Shown: positions 1 to 9,943 of the stretch, one piece after another
How the letters are laid out: every line of letters starts with the position of its first letter
Numbering within the stretch: the stretch's first letter is position 1
IMG/VR virus record: IMGVR_UViG_3300016471_000517
Coordinates: 1-64,000 of that record
DNA length: 64,000 bases
From: a virus
Strand: one strand, 5' to 3'
Position numbers and translations under genes: made by a program
Notes under the pieces: model-generated
Databases searched by the model: none
Seen by the model: the letters and a program-made list of their open reading frames with translations, nothing else
Told to the model about the DNA's origin: nothing

Positions 1-38
1 TTATTAACTAATTTTAAACCCCCAAAGCGTGGATTTCA

Positions 39-284
39 GTGATGATATTAAAAACTGAGTTATCTAGATCTTTGGTAAAACTAGAAAACAAAGATTTTGA
101 TGACACGGATTTGTGGGATAAAGTTTTAAAAACTTTAAAAAATGAAAAAATTAAACCATTTCACGATGTTTATTTTCAAGCAGACCAAAATAAAGCATTG
201 TGGGTTTTAAAAAATTTGCAATCATGTGATTTAAAATATAAAGAAACACATATAAAAAATGATCTAATAACAGTGTTACTATAA
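39..284 (+). CDS. hypothetical protein
   Basis: 81-aa ORF; its stop overlaps the next ATG (TAATG at 282-286). Confidence 0.55.
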   Translation: MMILKTELSRSLVKLENKDFDDTDLWDKVLKTLKNEKIKPFHDVYFQADQNKALWVLKNLQSCDLKYKETHIKNDLITVLL

Positions 285-859
285 TGGAAGAAGAAAATTT
301 TGAACAAGAAATTTTAAGTAAGTTTCTACAGGGAGATTTAAACTCCCTGTCTTATCAAAAGCAATTATCTGAAACTGATTATAATTCTTCAAATTAAAGA
401 AAAGAAAAATACAAAAATATACCAGAAAATGATAAAGAGTTTGCTGATTATATAAAAAGAACTTACGGGTCCGTTTCTAGTTTTTTTGATTTTAGACAGG
501 ATTTAGTACAAGATAAATTGTATGATCCTTCTTCAGATTATCTTGCAGAAGTAGTAGTCATAACCGACGAAGAATATTATAAATCTGGATTTATATCACC
601 CACAGAAGTTTTTTTTGAAATATTAAAAGGAATTGCAACAATAGAATATTTTAAGATGGATGGTAGGGCTGCAAAAATTGTAGGAACTCTAGAAGAAGGT
701 TTAATACCTTCAAGCCAGCAAAACACCAGAGCAAATGCATTTAGTTTTATAGGTTCAAGAAGAATTTTAGTGTGGGATTTGCAAAAACAGGGTTGGTCTT
801 CTTTTTATATGTCAAATCTTAGAAGATTTATCAAAGATGATACGTATGGTTTAGAATAA
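284..859 (+). pseudogene. SH3/WYL_2 (DUF2693)-like protein interrupted by one in-frame TAA at 395-397
   Basis: ATG 284 is in frame with the 518..859 ORF, with a single TAA between. C-terminal part has YFKMDGR..GTL..VWDLQKQGWSSF. Confidence 0.55.
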
Positions 860-868
860 ATAATTTAA

Positions 869-1042
869 ATGAGCGACAATCATTCTAAAATGGATCATCT
901 TTACGCGGTTCTTTTTAGAGAATCAAAAATTATTGTCTCAAAATATGAAGACTATCTTAAAGAAAAGATAAGTTCAAAAGAACTTGCACAAAAAATGCTA
1001 AGTCTTCGTGATGCCATAAAAAGAATAGAAGAATCAAAATAA
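869..1042 (+). CDS. small hypothetical protein (57 aa)
   Basis: Read manually: MSDNHSKMDHLYAVLFRESK...; preceded by TAAATA. Confidence 0.55.
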   Translation: MSDNHSKMDHLYAVLFRESKIIVSKYEDYLKEKISSKELAQKMLSLRDAIKRIEESK

Positions 1043-1045
1043 TTG

Positions 1046-1074
1046 TTGACAATTTTGATTGTGGTGGTAATATA
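1046..1074 (+). promoter_or_regulatory. sigma70-type promoter of guaC (leaderless-type)
   Basis: TTGACA with a TAATAT -10 box about 16-17 nt downstream and ATG at 1082. Confidence 0.6.
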
Positions 1075-1081
1075 TGCCGCT

Positions 1082-2116
1082 ATGATCATTAATGCTGATC
1101 CAAAACTTGATTACTCTGATGTTTTAATTGTTCCCCAGAAAAGCAATGTAAAATCAAGAAAAGAAGTTTGTCTTGAGGTCAGCAAGACATTTAATAATGG
1201 AACTTCTTGGTCGGGTGTGCCTATAATGGCGGCTAATATGTCCACCGTTGGCACCCACAAAATGGCACTTGTATTGTCAGAATATAACATTGTAACCTGT
1301 CTAAGAAAAGGTGGAGATTATTATTCAAGTTTTGCTTCTGCCCACCCCGATAAAGAAAAATACGTTTCTCTTACTCTAGGTTTGGATGCTGAAAGCAAAC
1401 TTTTTGTTGACAGTACCGATATCAAAGATCCTACGTTTATATGTCTTGATGTGGCAAATGGCTACATGACTGAATTTTATAATTTTACAAGAAAGGTTAG
1501 AGAAAAATGGCCGAAGTCTATTTTGATTGCAGGGAATGTCGTGACCCCAGAGGGGGTAGAGGAATTGTCAAAGGTTGGAGTAGATCTCGTAAAAGTGGGG
1601 ATAGGATCGGGGTCGATGTGTCTGACCCGGCGTGTGGCAGGCGTGGGATATCCACAACTATCCGCGGTATTAGAGTGTGCACAAACAGCCGAAGCATTCG
1701 GTATTGGGATCGTTGCTGATGGTGGCATAATTTATCCCGGAGATTTTGCAAAAGCATACGTGGCAGGCGCAGCCTTTGTAATGGCTGGAGGAATGTTTGC
1801 TGGTCACGATGAGTGTGGTGGTGAAATACGACACGGTGAGCATGGAGAGCTCCGAATGTTGCACTACGGCATGAGCAGCAAGACTGCGAATGAGAAGTAC
1901 AATGGCGGGCTTTCCGATTACAGAGCATCGGAAGGAAGAACAGTTGAAGTACCATATCGCGGATCTATACGAAATACGATACAGGATGTTTTTGGTGGTT
2001 TGCGCTCGGCTTGCTCTTATGTTGGCGCTTTTAATTTGCCTGAACTGTATTTGAATGGTAAACTGGTTAAAGTAAATCGCACTATTAACAACATTTTTGA
2101 GAACCACGAAATATGA
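1082..2116 (+). CDS. guaC: GMP reductase
   Basis: KLDYSDVLIVP, SR, IMAANM, CLDVANGY, KVGIGSGSMCLTR, ADGG, YGMSS, YRASEG, GGLRSACSYVGA. Confidence 0.93.
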   Translation: MIINADPKLDYSDVLIVPQKSNVKSRKEVCLEVSKTFNNGTSWSGVPIMAANMSTVGTHKMALVLSEYNIVTCLRKGGDYYSSFASAHPDKEKYVSLTLGLDAESKLFVDSTDIKDPTFICLDVANGYMTEFYNFTRKVREKWPKSILIAGNVVTPEGVEELSKVGVDLVKVGIGSGSMCLTRRVAGVGYPQLSAVLECAQTAEAFGIGIVADGGIIYPGDFAKAYVAGAAFVMAGGMFAGHDECGGEIRHGEHGELRMLHYGMSSKTANEKYNGGLSDYRASEGRTVEVPYRGSIRNTIQDVFGGLRSACSYVGAFNLPELYLNGKLVKVNRTINNIFENHEI

Positions 2117-2682
2117 ATATCTTTGTCTTGGATGAACAGCCTGAAATCGCCGCACAGATGATGTGTGATAAGCATGTAGTTAAAATGATTGTTGAATCTT
2201 GTCAACTTATGTCAACTGCTCACCATGTTCTTGATGGTGAGCAGTTGGTAGTCGATACGGGCAAGCGAAAATATACCACTAGCATTTGCACAAAGAAAAA
2301 TATTTGCAAAGCAACCATGATCAATCACCCATGCAGTATTTGGGTAAGAGAAAGTAGAAAAAATTATATGTGGCTTTGGAAGCACACTTACTCGTTGTGC
2401 AAAGAATATACCGCAAGATACGGTAAGGTGCACTCTATGGAAGCCATGCTAATGGACGGTCTTTACAGTCCACCTGCCAACATTCCAAGAGGCAAGAGAA
2501 CTCAATTTGTACAAGCCATGCCAGATGAATACAAGAATGAAAATCCAGTAATTGGTTATCGTCAATATTATTTGGCTGAAAAAACTAGATTTGCTAAATG
2601 GAAGACGGGTGTCATCCCTGTTTGGTTTTCGGCTTCTGATCCTTTGCTTGGGATTGTTGACGAAGCTCTTCTTCCTTTTTAA
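2113..2682 (+). CDS. pyrimidine-dimer DNA glycosylase (DenV-like) family protein
   Basis: MNIFVLD..A...CDKHVVKM..E..QLMSTAH, NHPCSIW, EYTARYGKVH, QAMP. Confidence 0.8.
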   Translation: MNIFVLDEQPEIAAQMMCDKHVVKMIVESCQLMSTAHHVLDGEQLVVDTGKRKYTTSICTKKNICKATMINHPCSIWVRESRKNYMWLWKHTYSLCKEYTARYGKVHSMEAMLMDGLYSPPANIPRGKRTQFVQAMPDEYKNENPVIGYRQYYLAEKTRFAKWKTGVIPVWFSASDPLLGIVDEALLPF

Positions 2683-3561
2683 TCAAGCCATCATTTCACC
2701 AGTGTCGCGCTTATTTGTTTGAGCAATTTGTCTCAAGAATTCTTTTGATTGTTTATCTTTTTTAGGATCATTAAACAATTGTAAAAGAATTGCTGATTGT
2801 TTAGTTTTATCGGTTTCTAAAAAACTTTTATATTTTTGAAAATCATCATCTGTAAAATTAGGACCTAATAAAATTCCTGTTTTTTCAAAAAATCTCATTT
2901 TATTTTCACTCATATGTGCTGCCAATTCTGAGGGAGATGTTACATACGTAGACATGTTAGATGATATGCTAGGATTTTTATTACTATAATCATAGCCTTT
3001 AGCATTTACAGAAGAAACTGGTCTATTTTTTGTTTTAAAACTTTTTAATGCTAATGCATGTTGCATTTCGTGCCAAAGAACATCGGTCATTGTACTAGTA
3101 TTTTTTTTGTATGTTCCATTGGGTTGTAATTCATTTGATACTTTAGTTAAATCATTTTTTATTGCTTCCATACCTTCGGGAAATGGAGACCCAGCATTTG
3201 TATTAATTATAATTTGTGGATTTTGTTTTTGATAATCTACAATAGTATTAGTTTTTTTATCTACCATCAGAATATTTGGCGTAATACCGAGTGGAGCAGT
3301 TGGTCTACCTGGCTGCATAGCAACATCTAATTTTTCAGAATAATCATCCAATTCCACTGATGGGAGATACCAATCCGGGTCGATTTCAGATGAATGTTCT
3401 GCTCTTCGTTGTTTTATACTTTCCAAATAATCTAATGCTTTTTGTGTTGATCCTAATCTATTGGATAAAGCATCCATTGCAGAAATTTTATAAGTGCCAC
3501 TAGTTATACCTGTAGTACTTGATTGATTATTTTCTATAAGGTATTCTTTAAATCCAAGCAT
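2683..3561 (-). CDS. putative internal virion protein with HExxH zincin-like motif
   Basis: N-terminal MLGFKEYLIE leader, WHEMQH motif, later SELAAH; TAAATG immediately upstream. Confidence 0.6.
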   Translation of the reverse strand: MLGFKEYLIENNQSSTTGITSGTYKISAMDALSNRLGSTQKALDYLESIKQRRAEHSSEIDPDWYLPSVELDDYSEKLDVAMQPGRPTAPLGITPNILMVDKKTNTIVDYQKQNPQIIINTNAGSPFPEGMEAIKNDLTKVSNELQPNGTYKKNTSTMTDVLWHEMQHALALKSFKTKNRPVSSVNAKGYDYSNKNPSISSNMSTYVTSPSELAAHMSENKMRFFEKTGILLGPNFTDDDFQKYKSFLETDKTKQSAILLQLFNDPKKDKQSKEFLRQIAQTNKRDTGEMMA

Positions 3562-3616
3562 TTATTTGCCTTTGTTATTTTTTATGTTATATTGTACCTT
3601 CCAACAAAGGATACAT

Positions 3617-3922
3617 ATGAACGTAAAAGTATTTAGATTAAACTCTGGTGAAGAAATTTTATCTCGTTTTGAAGAAACAGACACCCATTGGAATTTAAAG
3701 GATCCAGCAATTCTAGTTCCTTTTGAACGTGGTCAAATTGGTCTAATGCCTTGGCTAATGTATACAAAAGCAGCCAAAGGTATTCAAATTCCAAAATCAT
3801 TCGTTGCTTTTATAGTTGAACCCCTTGAAGAACTCAAGGAACAGTACGATCAGAGCTTGAATAAGGGAATCGTCACTCCTTCTAAGTCGGTTGATAAGCC
3901 GAGTTTGAAGTTGACGATGTAA
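3617..3922 (+). CDS. conserved T4-like small beta-barrel protein
   Basis: MNVKVFRLNSGEEI...LMPW...Y pattern; AAGGA SD; start re-assigned to ATG 3617. Confidence 0.7.
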   Translation: MNVKVFRLNSGEEILSRFEETDTHWNLKDPAILVPFERGQIGLMPWLMYTKAAKGIQIPKSFVAFIVEPLEELKEQYDQSLNKGIVTPSKSVDKPSLKLTM

Positions 3923-3925
3923 TGA

Positions 3926-4300
3926 ATGAATATCGATACAGTAATAGAAAATTATCTTCCCATTGCCCAGCCTCTTTCGATGGCAATGGAACGTCAAAAA
4001 AAGCATATATCTCTTGTAATTTACAAGCGCAAAATTATCTCGGTGGGTCAAAATATTTTTAAGACCCACCCAGATAGTGTGCGTTTGGGATACAAGTATG
4101 CTGAAATGCATTCCGAATTGGATGCTTATAGAAAAATTCCCAAGTCTTTGCGAGATAAAAAACTTATCTTGCTAAATTTTAGATTTAATCGATTTGGAAA
4201 TTTTAGAAATTCAAAGCCCTGTTCAGTGTGTTCAAAATGGTGTAACGAAGTTTTTTACAAAATTTATTATACCACAGATGATGGTATAGTTTCACTCTAA
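3926..4300 (+). CDS. cytidine/deoxycytidylate deaminase-fold protein
   Basis: HSE...KPCSVC zinc motif, IISVGQN, IYYT. Confidence 0.75.
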   Translation: MNIDTVIENYLPIAQPLSMAMERQKKHISLVIYKRKIISVGQNIFKTHPDSVRLGYKYAEMHSELDAYRKIPKSLRDKKLILLNFRFNRFGNFRNSKPCSVCSKWCNEVFYKIYYTTDDGIVSL

Positions 4301-4320
4301 ATAAGTATACAGAGGTAGAT

Positions 4321-4947
4321 ATGGCTATAGAACGCTCATCAATAAAAAACTTTTTTGCTGCTATGGGTTCCCAAATGATGGGTGGTTATGGCGCAAAAAC
4401 AATCAGCACACCAATGGGCCCATTTCAGTGGGATGACAATTTACAAGTTTGGGTAAATACAAACAACGGTATGCAAATAAACAACATTGCATTTCAAGAT
4501 GCAATGGCTATGTTAGACTACAACACAGCAGCAGGTGATGAATCGCAATTTGTTTGCGCATATAACATTCAAGCAAATGATCCAGATACAATTAATATAA
4601 ATGTTAAAAACGATGGCACCACGCCAACACTATTTCCAGCTGCAGCATTAACTTGTTTTAATACTTGCCCGACTGTGCTAGTAATAGTACCGAATACATT
4701 GAATCCATATTCTGGTTCGGGATTATTAACAACTGTTGAACTTACAGTTGATGGTGGATCAAACTGGATTCCATTTAATTCTTCAACAGGAAAAGCAACA
4801 ATACCCGCTAATTCACCGAATGTAAGATTTAGAACTTTTGGAAATTCAGGAATCTTACCAGGACCTAGCGGAGATTTTGGTATAAAAAATGAATCTAATA
4901 ATTTAATTGATATTATAAAAACTGTAAACGCAACTCTAATTGCATAA
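4321..4947 (+). CDS. late hypothetical protein (probably structural)
   Basis: TAAATA at 4298, GAGG SD, beta-rich C-terminus. Confidence 0.65.
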   Translation: MAIERSSIKNFFAAMGSQMMGGYGAKTISTPMGPFQWDDNLQVWVNTNNGMQINNIAFQDAMAMLDYNTAAGDESQFVCAYNIQANDPDTININVKNDGTTPTLFPAAALTCFNTCPTVLVIVPNTLNPYSGSGLLTTVELTVDGGSNWIPFNSSTGKATIPANSPNVRFRTFGNSGILPGPSGDFGIKNESNNLIDIIKTVNATLIA

Positions 4948-4973
4948 AAGCAATTTTAACTTAATTTTATTGT

Positions 4974-7900
4974 ATGCCAAAAAAACTGTGTTGTTGTAAA
5001 GAAGAAATAGTACAACCACCAATCTATCCAAATTGGATTGCTATTCCTTGTAAAGAATACGCCAATCACGTTTATAGAAAAACTATAACGCAATCACAGT
5101 TTCTTTGGCCCAACCAAACATCTTCTGCAACACCTATACCAAATTTTAATCCACTTATGTGGGATGCCGGTATAACATATCCATGGTATTTTACAGATAC
5201 TCCAAATTATGTTAGATTAGATAATCAACGACCAGTTTTTGTTATGCAAAGAGGTGGTGGGGGTGGTGGCAAAACTGGAGACAGTATAAGTTCTGCTGCA
5301 AAAGGTGGAAACGCGGCTTATGTTGAAGTCATTATCCCAGCAGACAAATATTGGGCCACAATTATTGCTTCTGGTGGTTCTGGTCCATCTGCGCTTGATG
5401 TAAGAACTTCAATACCAAATTATTCCGGTGCTCAAGGATATCCCCTATCTGGTTGGGGCGGGGGAGCAAATTTACTTTATTATTTATTTGGAATAGCAGT
5501 AGAAGCAGCAAGAAGATCTTCATCCGGTTTAATAGCTTTAGAAACAGCAAATCCTATACCGACGAATCAAAGTTTAAATGAATCATATATTGCCGCAGGG
5601 GGCGGTGGTGGTGGTGTAAATGAAAATGCTTCCGGAGGACATGGTGGAACGGTTGAAGGAATCAAAGGAAATGGAGATTATGGTGGAGCGGGTGGCAAAC
5701 AAACTTCAGGCGGAACTGTATTAAGCATATCACCAAATGCATTTGAACCACAACCCGGAACACAATTAAAAGGTGGTAGAGGAAGAGTTTTTGATCCTCT
5801 AACACCAATAACTCCATATTCCGATGCAGGTGGTGGAGGTGCTGCTGGATTGTATGGCGGAGGTGGTGGAAATATAGGAGACGCCGGTGGTGGTGGATCA
5901 AGTAAATTACAATCCGGAAGACAATATGTTTTTTCTGGAAGCACTTACGGCCCCGGAAGCAGATGCAATCCATTTTTTGGACTCACGCATGATGCTGGCC
6001 TCGGAGCCAATAGAAATGGTAGATTTATAAAAGACTGTGAAGTTTGGGAAGATTGTCCAAATTCAGGTATTACATTTTCTACAGGCGACAGCGGATCAAA
6101 CGGCGAAACAGCAACTTTGTTTAGAACAAAATGGTGCACCTGTACAGAAAATCAAATTACTGGAAAAGAGTTAGTTGAACCAAATTACATCTGTTTAACA
6201 GAAGCACAGTATCTGGCTATAATTGCTCAACAGCCAACAGTCGATCCACCTCCACCAGCACAGGGAGATGTTGAATTAAGTTTTGTTCTCAATGGTGAGA
6301 GATATATTTTACTCTATGAATGTAATCTATCATGTGAACCAGAATATATCGTTCAGGGAACACCGACAGATGTAAAGTGGTACGTTCAAGGAGCAAATCT
6401 AGCTTGGTTTGCCGATTATCCGGAATGGAATCAAGATACTGTTACTACTTGCTGTGATTGTTATGAATGTATACCGATTTGCCCTTCTTTGAAAGTGTAT
6501 GGAAGCCCCACACCAAATAGAGTTAAATCCTGTGCATATGCAAATGCATTATCTTGCTATTGGCATTTAGATCCAGTAACACAATGGTTCTATCAATGCA
6601 AACCAACAAATTGTTGGGCGAATTACGGCATAGAACAAGCAGTAAATCCATATGAACATAGAATAATGGATCCAAACACAGTATTTGATTGCACAGAGGA
6701 TCCTTGCGAAGAACCGCCAGAAAAAGTATGGTATGCTTTAAGGTGTGATGATTATTTTGAAAATGAATGTTGTCCCGATTTGGTTTGCTGTGGTCCAGAT
6801 AGAATTGAATTTTGTGAAAATTATTTAAGAAAACTTATTGGTGAATCTGAACCAAATTTAAGTAATTTTTGTTACTTCTTTTTATATTTGAATTGTGTAT
6901 ATGTTTTGACTGGGTTTGAGTTGAGAGAATGTGATCCGTCAGCATCAACTCCGGAATTACCGATAAATCAAGGTACCTTTATCGAAAGAAAAGACGCAGC
7001 AGGACAACCCTGTTGTCGGCCCACAGATCCTCCTGTAATACCACCAGATACTGGTGGAGGAGGTGGTATTCCAGTTGAATACGCACCGGTTTACACTGAA
7101 ATTACAGAAACTTACAATCCCGATGATATAGTTTGTGAAACCACCATAGTTAAATGTTATCCATTTAAAGATCAATTTGGTTTAATAACTCCAGTTTTTA
7201 TAAGTTCTGTTGCGAACACATGCGTACTAAAATCTGGAATAGATGTTTTTACTAGATCTGATGGAAGTGTTCCTACAGCAGATTATCAAACAGTTACTAG
7301 ATCTATTAATGCATTTTTTCAATATTGTAATCCAAGTTGCGAAGATGGCGGAACAGTCGCAAGAGATGCTAATGGATCGTATTTGGGTTACTTTAATCCA
7401 TTATATGAAGAAGAAATAGAATATAAAACCTGTGAAGAAACAAGTCAATATTATGCGCAAATAGCCTGCCCAAATAGATGTATAGATAATGTTCCAAGTA
7501 CTAGTACAAACTATTGTGATGATGATGATAACGAATATAGAAATCAAATAGAAAGTTATATACTTAAAACAGCATATAGATTAACTCCGTCTTCACCAGA
7601 AGACAGATATGAGGCAGATTTATTACAAATTTTTGTACCAGCTTGTGTTTATGAACAACCAAACGGGTTTAGATATCTTGGTTACGGTGTAAATGATATA
7701 AACACCGGATGGGGTCCAGCAACAACTGGTTATTTGGATTTTTCTTGTGGAGGTAGAAGACATAGAATAAATGTTTTTTCAGGCAATGCTGGCCATATAT
7801 GTGAAGCCATAAATTCTTTGTTCAATCCAATAGTGAGTGCGACAGGATTGAATCCTTATTTTTGGTTTTACAATAGACAATCTTGTTTTCAGTGTGGTAT

Positions 7901-8627
7901 TATAGATGACCCACCGTGCAGCGGTAGAAACACTAGACCACCATATATTGCAGGAGATGATTATATTATCAATCCCCCGCCTACGCCAGTTTTTAATGCT
8001 ACAACACAACAATATGTTTATACTTTGAGAGCATCTGCAAAAAGATATAGTGCATGTGCTTCTCAATCAGCTAGATGTAAGTACGATTTTAATGAATTTG
8101 GTTTCGCTGCAGATGATTATGTTTGCCCTAGTGTGGTAAACCATTGCAAATCTACAAATACTTTGTCAATGGCAGAGTATGCACAAAACTATAGATATCA
8201 AATGCAAAATGAAACTTGTGGATCACAAATATTGATAAAAGAAGATCGTTGTTTGGTTTTAGGTGAAGAGGCAAATCCCAACACGGTAATAGAACCTGCA
8301 GTTTCTGGTTTGTCTTGTGTGAATGAACCTTCGGATCCCAGTGGAGGTGTTGATGGGATTGAACAAAGAAGACACCCACATAATTGTTATTTAACAATTG
8401 GTGATTTTGCTGCATGTGTTCCTCCGTGCCTTTCTGATAGCGAAAGAGCAAATTTTGAATTCTATAATCCACTAACGTGTGTACCATGTCCAAGCACACC
8501 TTCTTGCCCATATCCACCACCAACTCCGCCGCCGGGTGGCGGTCCAGTTGAATTTATTCGTATTTACAGTTATGCGTTTGATCAATTAAGATGCACCACG
8601 CAAGGAAGTGCAATAACAATAGATTAA
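4974..8627 (+). CDS. 1217-aa Gly-rich/Cys-rich putative tail fibre or adhesin
   Basis: Glycine-rich GGGGG blocks (aa ~95-330) then dozens of Cys; N-terminal MPKKLCCC. Confidence 0.65.
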   Translation: MPKKLCCCKEEIVQPPIYPNWIAIPCKEYANHVYRKTITQSQFLWPNQTSSATPIPNFNPLMWDAGITYPWYFTDTPNYVRLDNQRPVFVMQRGGGGGGKTGDSISSAAKGGNAAYVEVIIPADKYWATIIASGGSGPSALDVRTSIPNYSGAQGYPLSGWGGGANLLYYLFGIAVEAARRSSSGLIALETANPIPTNQSLNESYIAAGGGGGGVNENASGGHGGTVEGIKGNGDYGGAGGKQTSGGTVLSISPNAFEPQPGTQLKGGRGRVFDPLTPITPYSDAGGGGAAGLYGGGGGNIGDAGGGGSSKLQSGRQYVFSGSTYGPGSRCNPFFGLTHDAGLGANRNGRFIKDCEVWEDCPNSGITFSTGDSGSNGETATLFRTKWCTCTENQITGKELVEPNYICLTEAQYLAIIAQQPTVDPPPPAQGDVELSFVLNGERYILLYECNLSCEPEYIVQGTPTDVKWYVQGANLAWFADYPEWNQDTVTTCCDCYECIPICPSLKVYGSPTPNRVKSCAYANALSCYWHLDPVTQWFYQCKPTNCWANYGIEQAVNPYEHRIMDPNTVFDCTEDPCEEPPEKVWYALRCDDYFENECCPDLVCCGPDRIEFCENYLRKLIGESEPNLSNFCYFFLYLNCVYVLTGFELRECDPSASTPELPINQGTFIERKDAAGQPCCRPTDPPVIPPDTGGGGGIPVEYAPVYTEITETYNPDDIVCETTIVKCYPFKDQFGLITPVFISSVANTCVLKSGIDVFTRSDGSVPTADYQTVTRSINAFFQYCNPSCEDGGTVARDANGSYLGYFNPLYEEEIEYKTCEETSQYYAQIACPNRCIDNVPSTSTNYCDDDDNEYRNQIESYILKTAYRLTPSSPEDRYEADLLQIFVPACVYEQPNGFRYLGYGVNDINTGWGPATTGYLDFSCGGRRHRINVFSGNAGHICEAINSLFNPIVSATGLNPYFWFYNRQSCFQCGIIDDPPCSGRNTRPPYIAGDDYIINPPPTPVFNATTQQYVYTLRASAKRYSACASQSARCKYDFNEFGFAADDYVCPSVVNHCKSTNTLSMAEYAQNYRYQMQNETCGSQILIKEDRCLVLGEEANPNTVIEPAVSGLSCVNEPSDPSGGVDGIEQRRHPHNCYLTIGDFAACVPPCLSDSERANFEFYNPLTCVPCPSTPSCPYPPPTPPPGGGPVEFIRIYSYAFDQLRCTTQGSAITID

Positions 8628-8628
8628 A

Positions 8629-9219
8629 ATGGAAGAAAAAATAATATTATCACATATCATAAATGAGGACATTCAGCTTCCAGTGATAAACTGCGTACAC
8701 TGGAGAGCTTTAAATTATGTTCCAAAATGCAAAATAGGTTTAGATGCTTCTAAATGCTTGGAATGTCCATCTAGAATTTCGCATTATCAAAATTATTTAA
8801 ATCAACAAAATATACCTTACACCAAACCGCAAGAAGTTGTTGTTCCTGAAAATAAAGCACAAAAATCTTTTATAGAAAAAGCAAAAGCTTATATGAAAGC
8901 GGAAGGCTCACAGGCTTTACAGGGAAAAGTAGATGATGGTGTTTTTGAAAAGAGAAAAAATATTTGCATCTCTTGTACACATCTTGTAAAAGCAAAGGGT
9001 GATGCTAAAGATAGCATAGGTTGGTGTGGTGGCGGTTGTGGTTGTTCGGTAGGAAATCCGAGAGCTGCCTTATCACAAAAACTTTACATGCCAACGTTAT
9101 CATGTCCAAAAGGAAAATTTGGAGTAGAAAAGGGCTCCGGATTCAAAGTAGAGGATGCCGTAGATTCTGCTAAAGGAATTCTAACATCCGTTAAAAATCT
9201 TTTTGAAAAGGATAAATAA
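8629..9219 (+). CDS. Cys-cluster (putative zinc-binding) protein
   Basis: RKNICISC..WCGGGCGC..KL..SCPKGKF; similar to 23208..23654. Confidence 0.65.
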   Translation: MEEKIILSHIINEDIQLPVINCVHWRALNYVPKCKIGLDASKCLECPSRISHYQNYLNQQNIPYTKPQEVVVPENKAQKSFIEKAKAYMKAEGSQALQGKVDDGVFEKRKNICISCTHLVKAKGDAKDSIGWCGGGCGCSVGNPRAALSQKLYMPTLSCPKGKFGVEKGSGFKVEDAVDSAKGILTSVKNLFEKDK

Positions 9220-9225
9220 TATACT

Positions 9226-9588
9226 ATGCCATGCATTCAAAAACTTTTAAATTTTCAAAATGAAATTAAACTCCATCATTGGGGAACAGATTCATACGCA
9301 AAACATAAAGCTTTAGGAAAACTTTATGAAAATATAGATTCACTTTTAGATACCTTTACTGAAGCTTATTTGGGAACATATGGAAAAGAAGAAATAAATG
9401 AAATAGAAACACTTTCATTTAATGGTCCCTCTAAAACAACACCTGAAAATGTATTAGACTCTTTTGAAGATTATTTAATGAATGAATTGCCAGAAGAAAT
9501 AGAAAGCAATCAAACATCTTTGTTAAATATAAGAGATGAGATGCTTGCTTCCGTACAACAAACCAAGTATCTCCTCACACTGTCGTAA
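9226..9588 (+). CDS. Dps/ferritin-like four-helix protein (DUF5856-like)
   Basis: HHWGTDSYAKHKALG.LY...D.F.E..G, NIRDEM....KYLLTL. Confidence 0.75.
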   Translation: MPCIQKLLNFQNEIKLHHWGTDSYAKHKALGKLYENIDSLLDTFTEAYLGTYGKEEINEIETLSFNGPSKTTPENVLDSFEDYLMNELPEEIESNQTSLLNIRDEMLASVQQTKYLLTLS

Positions 9589-9598
9589 GGAGACAATT

Positions 9599-9943
9599 AT
9601 GAAAATTTCAGAGTTAGTTTACGAAATTCGTAACTTGGCTCGCAAAGAAGAAGATCCTCTAGACAAGGATCTTTTTTATCAATGCGCCAAGTCCTTAGAA
9701 ATTCTTGGAAATCTTGCCAAGATTGCTGATCTTGCAGTTGCAGAACACAATGCAGCAGATGCCCCAGCAATAAATGAAGAGGACAATGTGAAATGGAATA
9801 TAGACGACACAACTCTGAAAATGCTTTCAGATCATCTTGATTCTTTGGTCCATTATAAGTTTATGGACAAAGACGATAGATGGCCTTACGGAGAACAGCC
9901 ATTTAAAAAATTTGTAAATGAACATCCACCGTTAAGTGAATGA
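9599..9943 (+). CDS. hypothetical protein
   Basis: AAGGAG SD before ATG 9599. Confidence 0.65.
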   Translation: MKISELVYEIRNLARKEEDPLDKDLFYQCAKSLEILGNLAKIADLAVAEHNAADAPAINEEDNVKWNIDDTTLKMLSDHLDSLVHYKFMDKDDRWPYGEQPFKKFVNEHPPLSE

